NCBI GenBank assembly: GCA_044356215.1
Contig: JBIKWQ010000006.1
Coordinates: forward strand, 1-64,000
Origin: Bdellovibrionota bacterium
GTDB lineage: Bacteria > Bdellovibrionota_C > UBA2361 > OMII01
DNA: 64,000 bases
Direction: 5' to 3'
Positions within the stretch are counted from its first letter, which is position 1. Each line of letters starts with the position of its first letter. Made by a program: the position numbers and the translations under genes. Of this stretch, positions 31,724-41,537 are shown piece after piece. The notes beneath the pieces are model-generated. The model had not been told where the DNA came from. It saw only the letters and a program-made list of their open reading frames with translations, and made no database searches.

Positions 31724-31770
31724 GGGGCGTCGCAGTTCTTTTCACCACAGAGGACGCACTGCGAGGCCTA
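31724..31770 (+). mobile_element. Internally deleted MITE-like element (both termini kept)
   Basis: ggggcgtcgcagttcttttcaccacagaggacgc joined directly to actgcgaggccta. Confidence 0.7.
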
Positions 31771-32103
31771 TGCCGCGACCTGGTCGACCTGATCTTCTAA
31801 ATTTCCAGAGGCCTCGGGCTGGCCATCTTCCACATCAGCGAGAGTAACCTCTAAGAAAGCTATCTGATCCTGCGGAGCCAATCGGCTATCGACAAAGACA
31901 TAATGATTTGTAAGAGAGCGGCACGAACCACTGATCACCTTCCAGCAGTGTCCCCGCTTTAACTCTTCCCGCCGAACCTCGAAACCCTTCGCCTCTAGCT
32001 GAATTATCAGGTCTTTATAGCTCTGCTCTTGCTCCTTGCTCCACGTAGGACGAGAGCTCTTTTTCTTTCTGGCGCGACGGATAATTTGACTAGCTTGTAC
32101 CAC
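31768..32103 (-). CDS. Hypothetical protein
   Basis: 111-aa ORF, LEAKGFEVRRE...GSCR...VFVD pattern, gggaaa RBS. Confidence 0.65.
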   Translation of the reverse strand: MVQASQIIRRARKKKSSRPTWSKEQEQSYKDLIIQLEAKGFEVRREELKRGHCWKVISGSCRSLTNHYVFVDSRLAPQDQIAFLEVTLADVEDGQPEASGNLEDQVDQVAA

Positions 32104-32389
32104 TGACTTTTCCCTGCGATTTAAAACACCTGGCCAGAATACCTCGACAATATTAACCCGTCGAGTCGTAACTTAATGTTCTATGCTACACCTTAATTTA
32201 CTACGTAACAAGCTGTTTTAACTAATTTATTCCGCCTTACAATTAAGCCATCAGCTAGCGTTGAACATTCATGCTCGATGTGTTACCTTTCTCGCCCTGC
32301 GTTTTTAAGAGGCTTAACTGCCCGTTGCCCTTATTTATGAGGCCAGAAACGCGAGATTTGAAGATTTTAAACTGAAGGTGAGGTTAATC

Positions 32390-32890
32390 ATGACAGGCTC
32401 TGACGAGACAACAACTGAGAATCAGAACGCGGCTGAGACAGCTGCTCAAGAGAATCAAGCGGCTCCAACAAAGAGCGCCACAAAGCGAGAGCCAACAACG
32501 CTAACCCAGGCCTTAGCGGCGATTCACGGATCAGCTCTTCGCTCGGACCTTCCAGAATTCAAGATCGGCGATACTGTTCGTGTTCACGCCAAGATCGTCG
32601 AGGGAAACAAGGAGCGTGTTCAGGTGTTTGAGGGGATCATACTCAAGCGCAGCAAGGGGAACCACTCCGACGCTACATTCACAGTACGTAAGGTTTCTTA
32701 CAACGTTGGCGTTGAGAGAACTTTCCCAGTTCACAGTCCACGTATTGAGAAGATCGAAGTTGTTTCACGCGCTAAAGTGCGTCGTTCACGGCTGTTCTAC
32801 CTAAGACCGCTCCGTGGTAAGGCTGCTCGTATGAAGACCCTTTACACGAGCAACTCGACCAAGGAGACAACGCCGGAGCAGGCAGCTTAA
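32390..32890 (+). CDS. rplS: 50S ribosomal protein L19 with N-terminal extension
   Basis: [56 protein letters not shown] at 32390 after gagg RBS. Confidence 0.97.
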   Translation: MTGSDETTTENQNAAETAAQENQAAPTKSATKREPTTLTQALAAIHGSALRSDLPEFKIGDTVRVHAKIVEGNKERVQVFEGIILKRSKGNHSDATFTVRKVSYNVGVERTFPVHSPRIEKIEVVSRAKVRRSRLFYLRPLRGKAARMKTLYTSNSTKETTPEQAA

Positions 32891-32895
32891 AGGGG

Positions 32896-33066
32896 ATGCG
32901 GTTAGACCTTACGTCCCTTAAAAATGCTCTTCAGTCTCTGGACCTCGCACTGGCGAAAGAGAAAGATGAATTTATTTTTATAGCCGAACAGGTATACGAA
33001 GTCGCTCAAGAATTCAGCTCTGATGCCCACTTCCTTCTTGATAAATTGGTCGAGATCCATAAATGA
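32896..33066 (+). pseudogene. Internally deleted HEPN (HI0074-type) toxin gene
   Basis: Frame 1 MRLDLTSLKNALQSLDLALAKEKDEFIL*, then shifted frame IAEQVYEVAQEFSSDAHFLLDKLVEIHK* whose TGA overlaps the MNT ATG. Confidence 0.7.
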
Positions 33067-33386
33067 CTCAAGCCATAGGCTCTCACATACACGTCTCGGA
33101 TAAAGAGCTAAAAATTATCCGCGACACCCTTCGCTCGGCGCTTAATGGGGAGTTGGTGTATGTCTTTGGATCTCGTGCTCGGGGAGATCACCGCAAGACC
33201 TCAGATATAGACCTGGCGATAGTTGGATCTAAACCCGTTACCATGGCCGTGCGCTCACAGCTAGAGTTCGGTTTCTCCGAGTCAGACTTACCATTTAAGG
33301 TTGACGTCGTAGACATGCTTACCGTGGATGAGTCGTTTAAAAAGATTATTGAGGCTGACGCGGTGGCTTTGGAGTACCGGGCCTAG
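33063..33386 (+). CDS. Minimal nucleotidyltransferase (MNT/MntA-type antitoxin)
   Basis: VYVFGSRARG...SDIDLAI, LPFKVDVVD. Confidence 0.9.
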   Translation: MTQAIGSHIHVSDKELKIIRDTLRSALNGELVYVFGSRARGDHRKTSDIDLAIVGSKPVTMAVRSQLEFGFSESDLPFKVDVVDMLTVDESFKKIIEADAVALEYRA

Positions 33387-33411
33387 GGAGAGGAGGGAAA
33401 ACCTCGCTTAC

Positions 33412-33966
33412 CTAACCAACCTTCCCAATCCTAACCTGAGCACCCTTTAAATTGGCGCCTGGCCAAACCTTTAGGTTTGGGGAAGCAACTGAACCTCTTA
33501 AGGTACCCCTTGAGGAAACCTCGATAGCGGCCGTTGCGCTGACTTTTGCTTGAGACTCTCCCGCAACCTGCAGGTTCTCGACTATGGCCGTGTCACACAG
33601 CAGCCCTCCAGGCTCGACTGTTACTGTGGGGGCCTCAATGACCCCGGCAGCAAACTGTCCCCTAATAACAACGGGTCTTGAGGAAAAAATATCTCCTGAA
33701 ATCTTATAGTTAGTCGGTATTACATACGGCCTAGTTGTTCCCATAGGGCGCACCTGTAGCTGAAACTCAGGCACTCTATCTGTCCAATCCGACTTAACGG
33801 CATCTAGGTTTCTTGGAGCTATATTCGTGTTAACCACTGGCCGTCCGGGGATATCTCCTAAGCTTACCGCATCTGCCGAACCTGCCGGCCGCGCAGACTC
33901 TCCTGTGGCCAACACCTTATCGCTAACTGGTATATCAATCGTAGGCTTCTTTCTTTTCCAGACCAT
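33412..33966 (-). CDS. Bactofilin-like polymer-forming cytoskeletal protein
   Basis: ISGDI...VVIRG...GTLRGSV..PNLKVWPGANLKG beta-helix pattern. Confidence 0.7.
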   Translation of the reverse strand: MVWKRKKPTIDIPVSDKVLATGESARPAGSADAVSLGDIPGRPVVNTNIAPRNLDAVKSDWTDRVPEFQLQVRPMGTTRPYVIPTNYKISGDIFSSRPVVIRGQFAAGVIEAPTVTVEPGGLLCDTAIVENLQVAGESQAKVSATAAIEVSSRGTLRGSVASPNLKVWPGANLKGAQVRIGKVG

Positions 33967-34233
33967 AAATTTAAATTTCCTACTAGCGGTTACCGCGACC
34001 TGACCTGCTTACTGGACTTTAAGATTTCGCTTAACTTAACCTGACCACCTTCCGAGAAATATGTAGCTCCTGAGGAAGCGATGCTTGCCCTGTTCGTTGT
34101 AAAAAATGAACAATAACTAAAGAAAAGGGCTACTCCCAAAACAGTGGTTTCTGGCATCATATATGGGTACGGAGCAAAACGGTATAGACAAGTTGACGCT
34201 CGGGTTATTGAAAGGTCTTAGAGGGAAGGTTTA

Positions 34234-35832
34234 ATGACGCTGGCTCTGAAGAACAAATCAGACTTATTGGCGGGGCTTGCCGCAGTTAAAAATCGCGTGG
34301 ACCTTACGAACGAAATAACGCGGAGATCGCGGCAGCTAGTTCACCTTATCCTGGGTACGGTGTTGATTTCCGCGACATCTTTAAACGCTTACGGCGCCGA
34401 CTCTCCATCATCCCTATCTCAAGAGGTCTCTGACTCACTCCTCAAAGGAGATAGTTTATCGCGCTCATTTGACTCAGCCCGTGGTGATCAATTAGCTCTT
34501 GAGGACACCACTCGCGTTCGCGCGAGAGACATTAACATCCGCAAATTAGATGTGATTGATGTTCATGGAACATCAGAGGGCGCGTTAAAGCTCTCGCATT
34601 ATCCATCTTTCACGAGTAAGATCGGCGATCGCTACGCCAGCATCACCCCGCGTAACAACGTGGTTTTTTACACCCTAGATCCCAACTTACAGGATTTCGT
34701 CGCGAGCACTGTGGCGCGAGCTGACGCGAATCACGTGGCCGTTGTGGCGATGAACCCAAAAACTGGGGCTATCTTGGCTATAGCGGGCCGGTCAACATCC
34801 ATTCCGGGGATCGAGTATCACTCTGGCTTCCCAGCGGCCTCGCTGTTTAAGGTCGTGACAGCGGCGGCGGCTGTTGAGGAGGCGGGGATAACACCTGATT
34901 CACTCGTGCAGTTTAGAGGTGGAACATACACACTTAATCAGTGGAACTATCTGCCAAACCCAAGGGCAGATAGAAGATTTATGAGTGTTGGAGAGGCGAT
35001 GGGTCGCTCGTGCAATCCAGTCTTTGGACAGATCGGTCTGAAATATCTAGACGGTTCGATTTTAGTGAAGTACGCGGAGAAGTTCGGGTTCAACAAATCA
35101 TTAGGACTTGATGTTCCTCTTCCACGAAGCACGGCTCGCATACCACAGGATGATCCGTTTGAGTTTAGCCGCACATCCGCTGGTTTTGGCGAAGTCACCC
35201 TTAGCCCGATCCACGCCGCTGCTCTCGTATCAGGAGTTGGTAATAACGGCTTACTGCCAAGACCTTACTTAATTGAACGAGTAACCGATTCCGATGGTAT
35301 CACTTTAGAGAAGACTGAACCGGAAACGATCCAGAGAATAGTTCAACCCGAAACCTCCAAGACGCTACTAGAGATGATGCGCTACACAACAACGATCGGA
35401 ACCTCCCGACGTGAATTTATGCGCGGAGGTCGTCCAGCTCTCGGTGATATTGAAGTAGCCGGCAAGACCGGAACTCTTACTGGCTCTAATCCTCAGGGGC
35501 TTAACAACTGGTTTATCGGCACCGCGCCGATAGCTAATCCTGAGATAGCTGTAGCAGTAATCACCGTTGACGCGACACATTCCGCGAAGGCCTCACGCTT
35601 AGGTCGACTGGTGATGCAGAATTACTTCAATATCGATCCAGGCCCTGAGATACCAGAGCCTCGTAGAATCAAGGGGTATCACAAGAAATCGAAACATAAA
35701 CGATTTGTTAAGTCCTCTAACCATCGCTCGAAGAGCCTAAAGGCGACTAAGACCAAATCATCGGCAAAAGCTAAGCCGATGAAGAATAAGGGATATGCCA
35801 AGAAAGGCAGCGTTAAGTCCAAGAAAAAATAG
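34234..35832 (+). CDS. Penicillin-binding transpeptidase domain protein with basic C-terminal tail
   Basis: ASLFK (SxxK), SCN, KTGT, WF; Lys-rich tail. Confidence 0.88.
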   Translation: MTLALKNKSDLLAGLAAVKNRVDLTNEITRRSRQLVHLILGTVLISATSLNAYGADSPSSLSQEVSDSLLKGDSLSRSFDSARGDQLALEDTTRVRARDINIRKLDVIDVHGTSEGALKLSHYPSFTSKIGDRYASITPRNNVVFYTLDPNLQDFVASTVARADANHVAVVAMNPKTGAILAIAGRSTSIPGIEYHSGFPAASLFKVVTAAAAVEEAGITPDSLVQFRGGTYTLNQWNYLPNPRADRRFMSVGEAMGRSCNPVFGQIGLKYLDGSILVKYAEKFGFNKSLGLDVPLPRSTARIPQDDPFEFSRTSAGFGEVTLSPIHAAALVSGVGNNGLLPRPYLIERVTDSDGITLEKTEPETIQRIVQPETSKTLLEMMRYTTTIGTSRREFMRGGRPALGDIEVAGKTGTLTGSNPQGLNNWFIGTAPIANPEIAVAVITVDATHSAKASRLGRLVMQNYFNIDPGPEIPEPRRIKGYHKKSKHKRFVKSSNHRSKSLKATKTKSSAKAKPMKNKGYAKKGSVKSKKK

Positions 35833-35836
35833 CATT

Positions 35837-35883
35837 AAGGAGATGCCGCAAAAACTCACTGAAGCGAGGTTTTGACGATCTTT
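35837..35883. repeat. ~50-bp REP-like hairpin, copy B (possible bidirectional terminator)
   Basis: Imperfect palindrome between convergent genes; similar to 24777 and 43855. Confidence 0.5.
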
Positions 35884-35884
35884 G

Positions 35885-36577
35885 CTAAGCCATAAGCGAT
35901 CTAAGCCGCGAAACCACCCTTGGGATGCCATCAGTCGCGGCGGCGGTTATAACTTGAAACGACTCGTCAGCCAGTCCGTTGGGCTGCGGATCTACTACAA
36001 ATTTCGTGGCTTCATACGGGACGTGGTCAATTAAGCTCGCCGCTGGATATACCTCCAGGGAAGTTCCAACCACTATAAAGAAATCGGCCTTTTTAGCGAT
36101 AGATATCGCTTGATCCATCATTGGCACCGACTCGCCAAACCACACCACATGTGGTCTCAGTTGCGAACCCTTCTCGCAACGATCTCCTAAATTAATATCC
36201 TCTTTTCTGTTGTATAAGAGTCGCTCATCACGGGAGCTGCGCGCTTTCAGGATCTCGCCGTGTAAGTGAATAACATCTGTACTACCGGCCCTTTCGTGCA
36301 GATCGTCGATGTTTTGGGTAATTATTGAAACCTTAAAGATATCCTCAAGATCCTTTAGAGCGTAGTGAGCCTCATTAGGCTCAGCTGCCAACACGTCTCG
36401 TCGTCTCTGATTGTAAAACCTTAAAACCTTAGCTGGATCACGATCCCAAGCTTCGGGCGTGGCTACGTCTTTGACCGATACCCCCTCCCACAGACCTCCG
36501 GCACCTCGAAAGGTCCCGAGCCCACTCTCTGCGCTGATGCCAGCTCCTGATAGAATAACTACATGCTGGCGCGACAT
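35885..36577 (-). CDS. cobB: NAD-dependent deacylase, class III sirtuin
   Basis: GAGISAESG, FRG, YNQRR, TQNIDDLH, HLHG, RPHVVWFGE, GTSLEVYPA. Confidence 0.93.
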   Translation of the reverse strand: MSRQHVVILSGAGISAESGLGTFRGAGGLWEGVSVKDVATPEAWDRDPAKVLRFYNQRRRDVLAAEPNEAHYALKDLEDIFKVSIITQNIDDLHERAGSTDVIHLHGEILKARSSRDERLLYNRKEDINLGDRCEKGSQLRPHVVWFGESVPMMDQAISIAKKADFFIVVGTSLEVYPAASLIDHVPYEATKFVVDPQPNGLADESFQVITAAATDGIPRVVSRLRSLMA

Positions 36578-36580
36578 ACC

Positions 36581-37651
36581 TTAGGCGACCGTAACCTCTT
36601 TGCAGAGGTATACATCTTGAATCGCGTTTAGTATCGCTACACCATCTTTCATCGGCTTCTGGAAGGCTTTGCGTCCTGATATTAAGCCCATTCCTCCAGC
36701 GCGTTTGTTAATTACCGCTGTCTTAATCGCGTCCTGAAGATCGTTGGCTCCTGAGCCTCCACCTGAGTTGATCAAACCGATCCGTCCCATGTAGCCGTTT
36801 GCTACCTGATAGCGGGTTAGATCGATGATGTGGTCAGTGGTTAACTCGCTATACATCCGCTCATCTAGCTTTCCGTATGAGCTAGAGCCTGTATTTAGCG
36901 CCTTAAATCCACCGTTACACTCTGGAAGCTTCTGCTTAACGATATCAGCCTCAATAGTCGCGCCTAAATGATTTCCCTGACCTGTTAGATCCGCAGAAAC
37001 CTCGTGGTTTACACTACCAACTTTGAAAGCCGAGTTGCGTAGGTAACACCACAAGATAGTTGCCATACCTAATGAATGTGCTTCAGAGAAAGCCTTTGAG
37101 ACCTCAACGATCTGACGCCCTGATTCAGGCGAGCCGAAATAGATCGTCGCTCCGATCGCGACACACCCCTGATTCCACGCGTCACGAACCTGGGCGAACA
37201 TTAGCTGGTCGCTCTTGTTTGGGTACGTAAGGAGCTCGTTGTGGTTTATCTTTAAGATGAACGGGATCTTGTGAGCGTACTTGCGAGCCATCAAGCCGAG
37301 TCCACCAAAGGTCGTCGCCACCGCGTTACAACCACCCTCGATAGCTAAACGGACAATATTCTCTGGGTCGAAGTACTGAGGGTTCTTAGCGAACGAAGCA
37401 CCCGCTGAGTGCTCGATCCCCTGATCAACAGGGAGGATTGAGAGGTATCCAGTTCCCCGCAGACGACCAGTGTCGTAAAGGGTTTGCAGAGATCTTAGAA
37501 CCTGAACACTACGGTCGCTTTGCGCCCAGATCCGGTCAACGAAATCAGGACCGGGGAGAGCCAGAGATGACGCGGGTATTCCGCGGCAGGTGTGTCTTAA
37601 TAACGTCTCAGCCTCAGCTCCGAGCAGCTCTTGGATGTGGGAAAAGTTCAT
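36581..37651 (-). CDS. fbaB: Class I fructose-bisphosphate aldolase
   Basis: [42 protein letters not shown]; start at MNFSH. Confidence 0.95.
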   Translation of the reverse strand: MNFSHIQELLGAEAETLLRHTCRGIPASSLALPGPDFVDRIWAQSDRSVQVLRSLQTLYDTGRLRGTGYLSILPVDQGIEHSAGASFAKNPQYFDPENIVRLAIEGGCNAVATTFGGLGLMARKYAHKIPFILKINHNELLTYPNKSDQLMFAQVRDAWNQGCVAIGATIYFGSPESGRQIVEVSKAFSEAHSLGMATILWCYLRNSAFKVGSVNHEVSADLTGQGNHLGATIEADIVKQKLPECNGGFKALNTGSSSYGKLDERMYSELTTDHIIDLTRYQVANGYMGRIGLINSGGGSGANDLQDAIKTAVINKRAGGMGLISGRKAFQKPMKDGVAILNAIQDVYLCKEVTVA

Positions 37652-37715
37652 AAAATGCTCCGTATAAATACCTTGGAAACTATACGGGAATTGGGGGTGG
37701 GGGGGCAAGGGGGGC

Positions 37716-38579
37716 TTAATCCCTCAGCAGATCCAAAACCAATCTGGGCTGTAGATTGGCCTGCGCCAGGATCGCCGTTCCTGCCTGTTGCTGAATCAGC
37801 TCTTTGGACATCTCCGCCGACTCTTCGGCTACGTCGGCATCCATTATCCCGCTTTCGCTATTTTTAAAGCTTTCTCGCGCTACGGCTAGATTCTGAATTG
37901 TGGACTCCAACCGACTCTGCACGGCTCCAAGGGAACCCCTGCTGCGACTTAGTCTGGTTACCGCTTCCGTAAGTGCATCAACGGCGCTGCGTGAAGCCTC
38001 CATCGATTCAAGAGCTGTTCCAGCTATCAGTGAGTACATCGGCTCAGAACTTCCTGGATTGGCTAAGCCTAATTCAGAGAGTGTCGCCTGCACGTTCGAT
38101 ATCGAGAACCAAGAGATACTGCTCCCCTCGAAACCAACCTGAAAAGCGATCGTGCTTCCACCGCTAAGGAGATGCGTACCATCGAATTCTGTCACTAAAG
38201 AGATCCGCTCGATCTCGCTTGTAAGCGCTAAGTACTCTGACTGAATCGCGGAGCGCTGCTCGTTGCCGTAGGTCGATGACGCTGACTGCTGCGCTAGTTC
38301 AAGAAGGCGGTTTAACAGGTTACTGATCTGACCAAGAGCCGCATCTGCTATCGTTATCGCTGATATTCCATCACTAGCGTTACGCATCGAGACGGCGGCG
38401 ACTCGCGCGTCGCTCCGCAGCCCCTCAGCTATGCCTAAACCTGCCGCGTCATCAGCGCTTCGATTAACTCGCAGACCACTGCTGAGCCTCTCAAAGCGCT
38501 GATTCAAACTACCCGTTGTCTGCTTAAGGTAACGCTGGGCGTCAAGAGAGATCAGATTTGTCTTAAGACCTAACCCCAT
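37716..38579 (-). CDS. fliC: Flagellin (short, second copy)
   Basis: [19 protein letters not shown]-domain; [27 protein letters not shown]-domain. Confidence 0.9.
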   Translation of the reverse strand: MGLGLKTNLISLDAQRYLKQTTGSLNQRFERLSSGLRVNRSADDAAGLGIAEGLRSDARVAAVSMRNASDGISAITIADAALGQISNLLNRLLELAQQSASSTYGNEQRSAIQSEYLALTSEIERISLVTEFDGTHLLSGGSTIAFQVGFEGSSISWFSISNVQATLSELGLANPGSSEPMYSLIAGTALESMEASRSAVDALTEAVTRLSRSRGSLGAVQSRLESTIQNLAVARESFKNSESGIMDADVAEESAEMSKELIQQQAGTAILAQANLQPRLVLDLLRD

Positions 38580-38602
38580 TGATCAACCTCTCTCAGTTTA
38601 AA

Positions 38603-39466
38603 TTACCGACCGAGCAACTGAAGCGCTATCGCTGGCTGTTGGTTAGCTTGCGCTAACACCGCCGCTCCCGCCTGCTGCAAGATGTTTAGTCTTGTGAGCT
38701 CGGCAGCTTCCGCCGCCACATCTAGGTCGCGGATCTGGCTCTCCGCTGCTTTGAAGTTTTCGCGCGCTACTTGTAGGTTATTGATTGACGCGCTCAGGCG
38801 ACTCTCTAACGCTCCGAGATTTCCTCGGCTTCTGCCGATAGAGGTGAGGGCTCCCTTAATAGCTTCGAGAGCGAGTCTCGACGCGCTTTGGGCCTCAACT
38901 TCGGTATTCGCCGAGATTGAGAAAATCGACGCTGAGCTTCCGGCGTCCGCTAAGCCAATCGCTTGTAGTGTTCCCTGGATGCCCTCATAGCCTAGCTGGG
39001 ACAACGAAGAACCATCAAACCCGACTTGAAATACGAGATTCTGCCCGTTACTTAAGAGATCAATTCCGTTGAACGCTGTCGTGACCGCGATACGCTCAAT
39101 TTCACTTGTTAGCGCGGAGAATTCGTCTTGTAAAGCTATACGCTGGGTCACGTCGTACACGCCGTTAGCGCTCTGCTGCGCGAGTTCGGAGAGACGATTT
39201 AGGATATTACCGATCTGCGCAAGCGACTGATCCGCTATCGCTATAACCGATATGCCGTCATTAGCGTTGCGAATCGCTACCGACGCTAATGTCGCGTCTG
39301 ATTTCAGGTTCTCGGCAATCGCTAAACCCGCCGCGTCATCACTAGCTCGATTGATCCGAAGACCGCTGGCTAATCTCTGATATGACTGATTTAGTCTATC
39401 GCTAGCCGAGCCTAAATTGCGCTGCGCCGCTAGTGCTGGAAGGTTTGTGCGGATATTAATTCCCAT
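38603..39466 (-). CDS. fliC: Flagellin (short)
   Basis: IRTN, RLASGLRINRASDDAAGL, RGNLGA, IRDLDVA, VLAQANQQP. Confidence 0.95.
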   Translation of the reverse strand: MGINIRTNLPALAAQRNLGSASDRLNQSYQRLASGLRINRASDDAAGLAIAENLKSDATLASVAIRNANDGISVIAIADQSLAQIGNILNRLSELAQQSANGVYDVTQRIALQDEFSALTSEIERIAVTTAFNGIDLLSNGQNLVFQVGFDGSSLSQLGYEGIQGTLQAIGLADAGSSASIFSISANTEVEAQSASRLALEAIKGALTSIGRSRGNLGALESRLSASINNLQVARENFKAAESQIRDLDVAAEAAELTRLNILQQAGAAVLAQANQQPAIALQLLGR

Positions 39467-39534
39467 AACTATTTCTCCTTGGCCTTAAGGACCCTCCAGA
39501 CTTCGAGTAGCCCAATAGCTTTCTTTTAAACTCA

Positions 39535-39552
39535 GGTCACATCCATTCGACC
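39535..39552 (-). promoter_or_regulatory. Putative CsrA-binding GGA hairpin in the flagellin leader
   Basis: Minus strand GGTCGAATGGATGTGACC places ANGGA in a stem-loop; a further GGA lies in the AAGGAG RBS. Confidence 0.55.
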
Positions 39553-39595
39553 CTTACGGCAAACTTTGCCGTTCGTTGATGTATGACGAGATAGG

Positions 39596-39612
39596 AGCAA
39601 GTAGCTTGCCAA
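39596..39612 (-). promoter_or_regulatory. Sigma54 (-24/-12) promoter of flagellin
   Basis: TTGGCAAGCTACTTGCT, GG-N10-GC spacing. Confidence 0.7.
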
Positions 39613-39695
39613 CTTCTTAGGGCATAGCTTTCGCGACGACGCTCACTTACCTCATCGGACACCATCATCTCTCTAATTCCTTGGGGTTAGCCTAT

Positions 39696-40613
39696 TTAAA
39701 ACCCCCGCTTACCCTGCACGACTCGGTTCACATACTCACGGGTACTACTCGGTAGGTGTGGTGCCACCTGGTCGTAATATGCCGGGTCTTTGCCCTGCTT
39801 CTCGGTTCTTAACTGGGCAGAGGCTACCCGCCCCTCCCCCGCGTTAAAGGCCGCGACAGCAAAGCGCTCCAAGGAATTTGAATCTGCGGCCGCTCTAGTC
39901 TGCAGCCGATTAGGAAGATCTGTTGGGCTCTTAAAAATATCGTGGAGATAACGGAGGTAGTTACTACCAAGCTTTATGTTTAGATCGGGATCAAAGGGAT
40001 CGTACCTCTTATTGCCAGTCTCAACCCTCGACATCATGTGTTTGCCAGTTGAGTCCAACAACTGAAACAAACCTTTTGAGGCGTGTCCGTCATTACTCAC
40101 CGCGCGCACATTAAAACTCGATTCCGCATTAACTACCGCCTGAGTAAGTCTCGGATCGAGTCCAAGATCATTCGCGGTGGCGACCAAGCGGCTCCTAATC
40201 TCCTCCTTTCCAAGTTGCTGGATGCCGCTTACCTGAGTTTTTACCGGCACCTCCACCCGCTTAACATCAAGAACTGTCGGAGTTTTGACCTGTTGGGGGG
40301 ATGGTGTTAGCTGTTCCGACACCTGATCCCGAGGAGTAGCAGGGACAATTGGTGTCATTTGAAGCTGCGGTTCGTCGAATTTTATACTAGCGCGAATGTC
40401 TGCGAGTGGGTCTCTTAGTGATTGGCGGATTGAGTAACCCTGGCCAGTAGAGGCTGCCTTTTCGCCATTATTAAGAGTATTTTCAGGCTCTTGAATTAAG
40501 AGGGCGCCGAGGTCCTCATTAAACTTCGTCTCATTAGCGTCCTCTAAAGGCTTAGTTGACGCCTTTAGAAGGTTCGCTACGTCCCTGTATCTCGCGGTGA
40601 AATCTATCTTCAT
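39696..40613 (-). CDS. Lytic transglycosylase (SLT domain)
   Basis: AVVNAESSFN..AVS, SKGLFQL, AAFNAG, TREYVNRV. Confidence 0.9.
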   Translation of the reverse strand: MKIDFTARYRDVANLLKASTKPLEDANETKFNEDLGALLIQEPENTLNNGEKAASTGQGYSIRQSLRDPLADIRASIKFDEPQLQMTPIVPATPRDQVSEQLTPSPQQVKTPTVLDVKRVEVPVKTQVSGIQQLGKEEIRSRLVATANDLGLDPRLTQAVVNAESSFNVRAVSNDGHASKGLFQLLDSTGKHMMSRVETGNKRYDPFDPDLNIKLGSNYLRYLHDIFKSPTDLPNRLQTRAAADSNSLERFAVAAFNAGEGRVASAQLRTEKQGKDPAYYDQVAPHLPSSTREYVNRVVQGKRGF

Positions 40614-40650
40614 ACCACCTCACTGGGTTTCGTTACCCGTAGAGGTGGTT

Positions 40651-40667
40651 ATGCAGCTATTGTGCCA
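40651..40667 (-). promoter_or_regulatory. Sigma54 (-24/-12) promoter of the SLT gene
   Basis: TGGCACAATAGCTGCAT, GG-N10-GC spacing, ~40 bp upstream of the ATG. Confidence 0.65.
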
Positions 40668-40700
40668 GGGGGGTGGGCTATCCCAAAATAGGCTTTACAT

Positions 40701-40808
40701 GTGGCAGCCGTGCACTTAAGCGTCTCTCGTGCACCTGCTCGTGCACGTAAACGTGAAACGTTCACGTCGACGTTATACGGTGCCGTGCACGAGCAGGAGC
40801 ACGTTTAC
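40701..40808. repeat. GTGCAC-rich intergenic palindromic repeat
   Basis: gtgcacctgctcgtgcacg ... cgtgcacgagcaggagcac inverted arms; shares motifs with 100-215. Confidence 0.65.
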
Positions 40809-40818
40809 CAAACAAAGC

Positions 40819-41535
40819 CTATTTAGGAAGCTTCCCCCACTCCACACCCCCTAGCCCCCTCTCCTCCAGATACCGATTAGCCCTCGAGAAATGCCCGCAC
40901 CCTATAAATCCTCTATAAGCAGACAACGGCGAGGGGTGCGGGGCTTCAAGTACAAGATGTTTTGAACGATCCACAAACGCAGCCTTCTTCTGCGCATAAG
41001 CTCCCCACAGCATAAACACTAATCCAGACCGTTTATCATTAAGCTCTCGGATCACTCGGTCTGTAAATCTCTCCCACCCGCGGTTAGCGTGAGATCCAGC
41101 CTTCGCCTCTTCTACAGTTAAGACCGCGTTAAGTAACAACACCCCCTGTGCTGCCCACGACTCAAGACATCCATGCGGTGGCATATTATTAGGGAGATCG
41201 CTCCATAGGTTTAGATCGCGTTGCAGTTCGTTAAATATATTAATTAGCGATGGTGGCGTAGGCACTCCCCGCTTAACAGAAAAAGATAGGCCGTGCGCCT
41301 GTCCGGGTCCGTGATACGGGTCTTGCCCAATAACAACCACCTTCACCCGATTAAACGGGGTCGATGCTAGCGCGTTAAACACCTCGGAGTTTGGCGGATA
41401 GATGCTCTTTCCAGCGGCCCGCTCCCTCTCCACAAAAGCCAAGAGATCCTTAAAATATGGCTGCTCACGCTCGTCGCTTAGTACATTCTTCCAACTGATC
41501 TCCTCTTCACTTACAAACTCTTGTGATGGCAACAC
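40819..41535 (-). CDS. ung: Uracil-DNA glycosylase family 1
   Basis: GQDPYH, GLSFSV, GVLLLN, HPSPLS. Confidence 0.96.
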   Translation of the reverse strand: MLPSQEFVSEEEISWKNVLSDEREQPYFKDLLAFVERERAAGKSIYPPNSEVFNALASTPFNRVKVVVIGQDPYHGPGQAHGLSFSVKRGVPTPPSLINIFNELQRDLNLWSDLPNNMPPHGCLESWAAQGVLLLNAVLTVEEAKAGSHANRGWERFTDRVIRELNDKRSGLVFMLWGAYAQKKAAFVDRSKHLVLEAPHPSPLSAYRGFIGCGHFSRANRYLEERGLGGVEWGKLPK

Positions 41536-41537
41536 AG

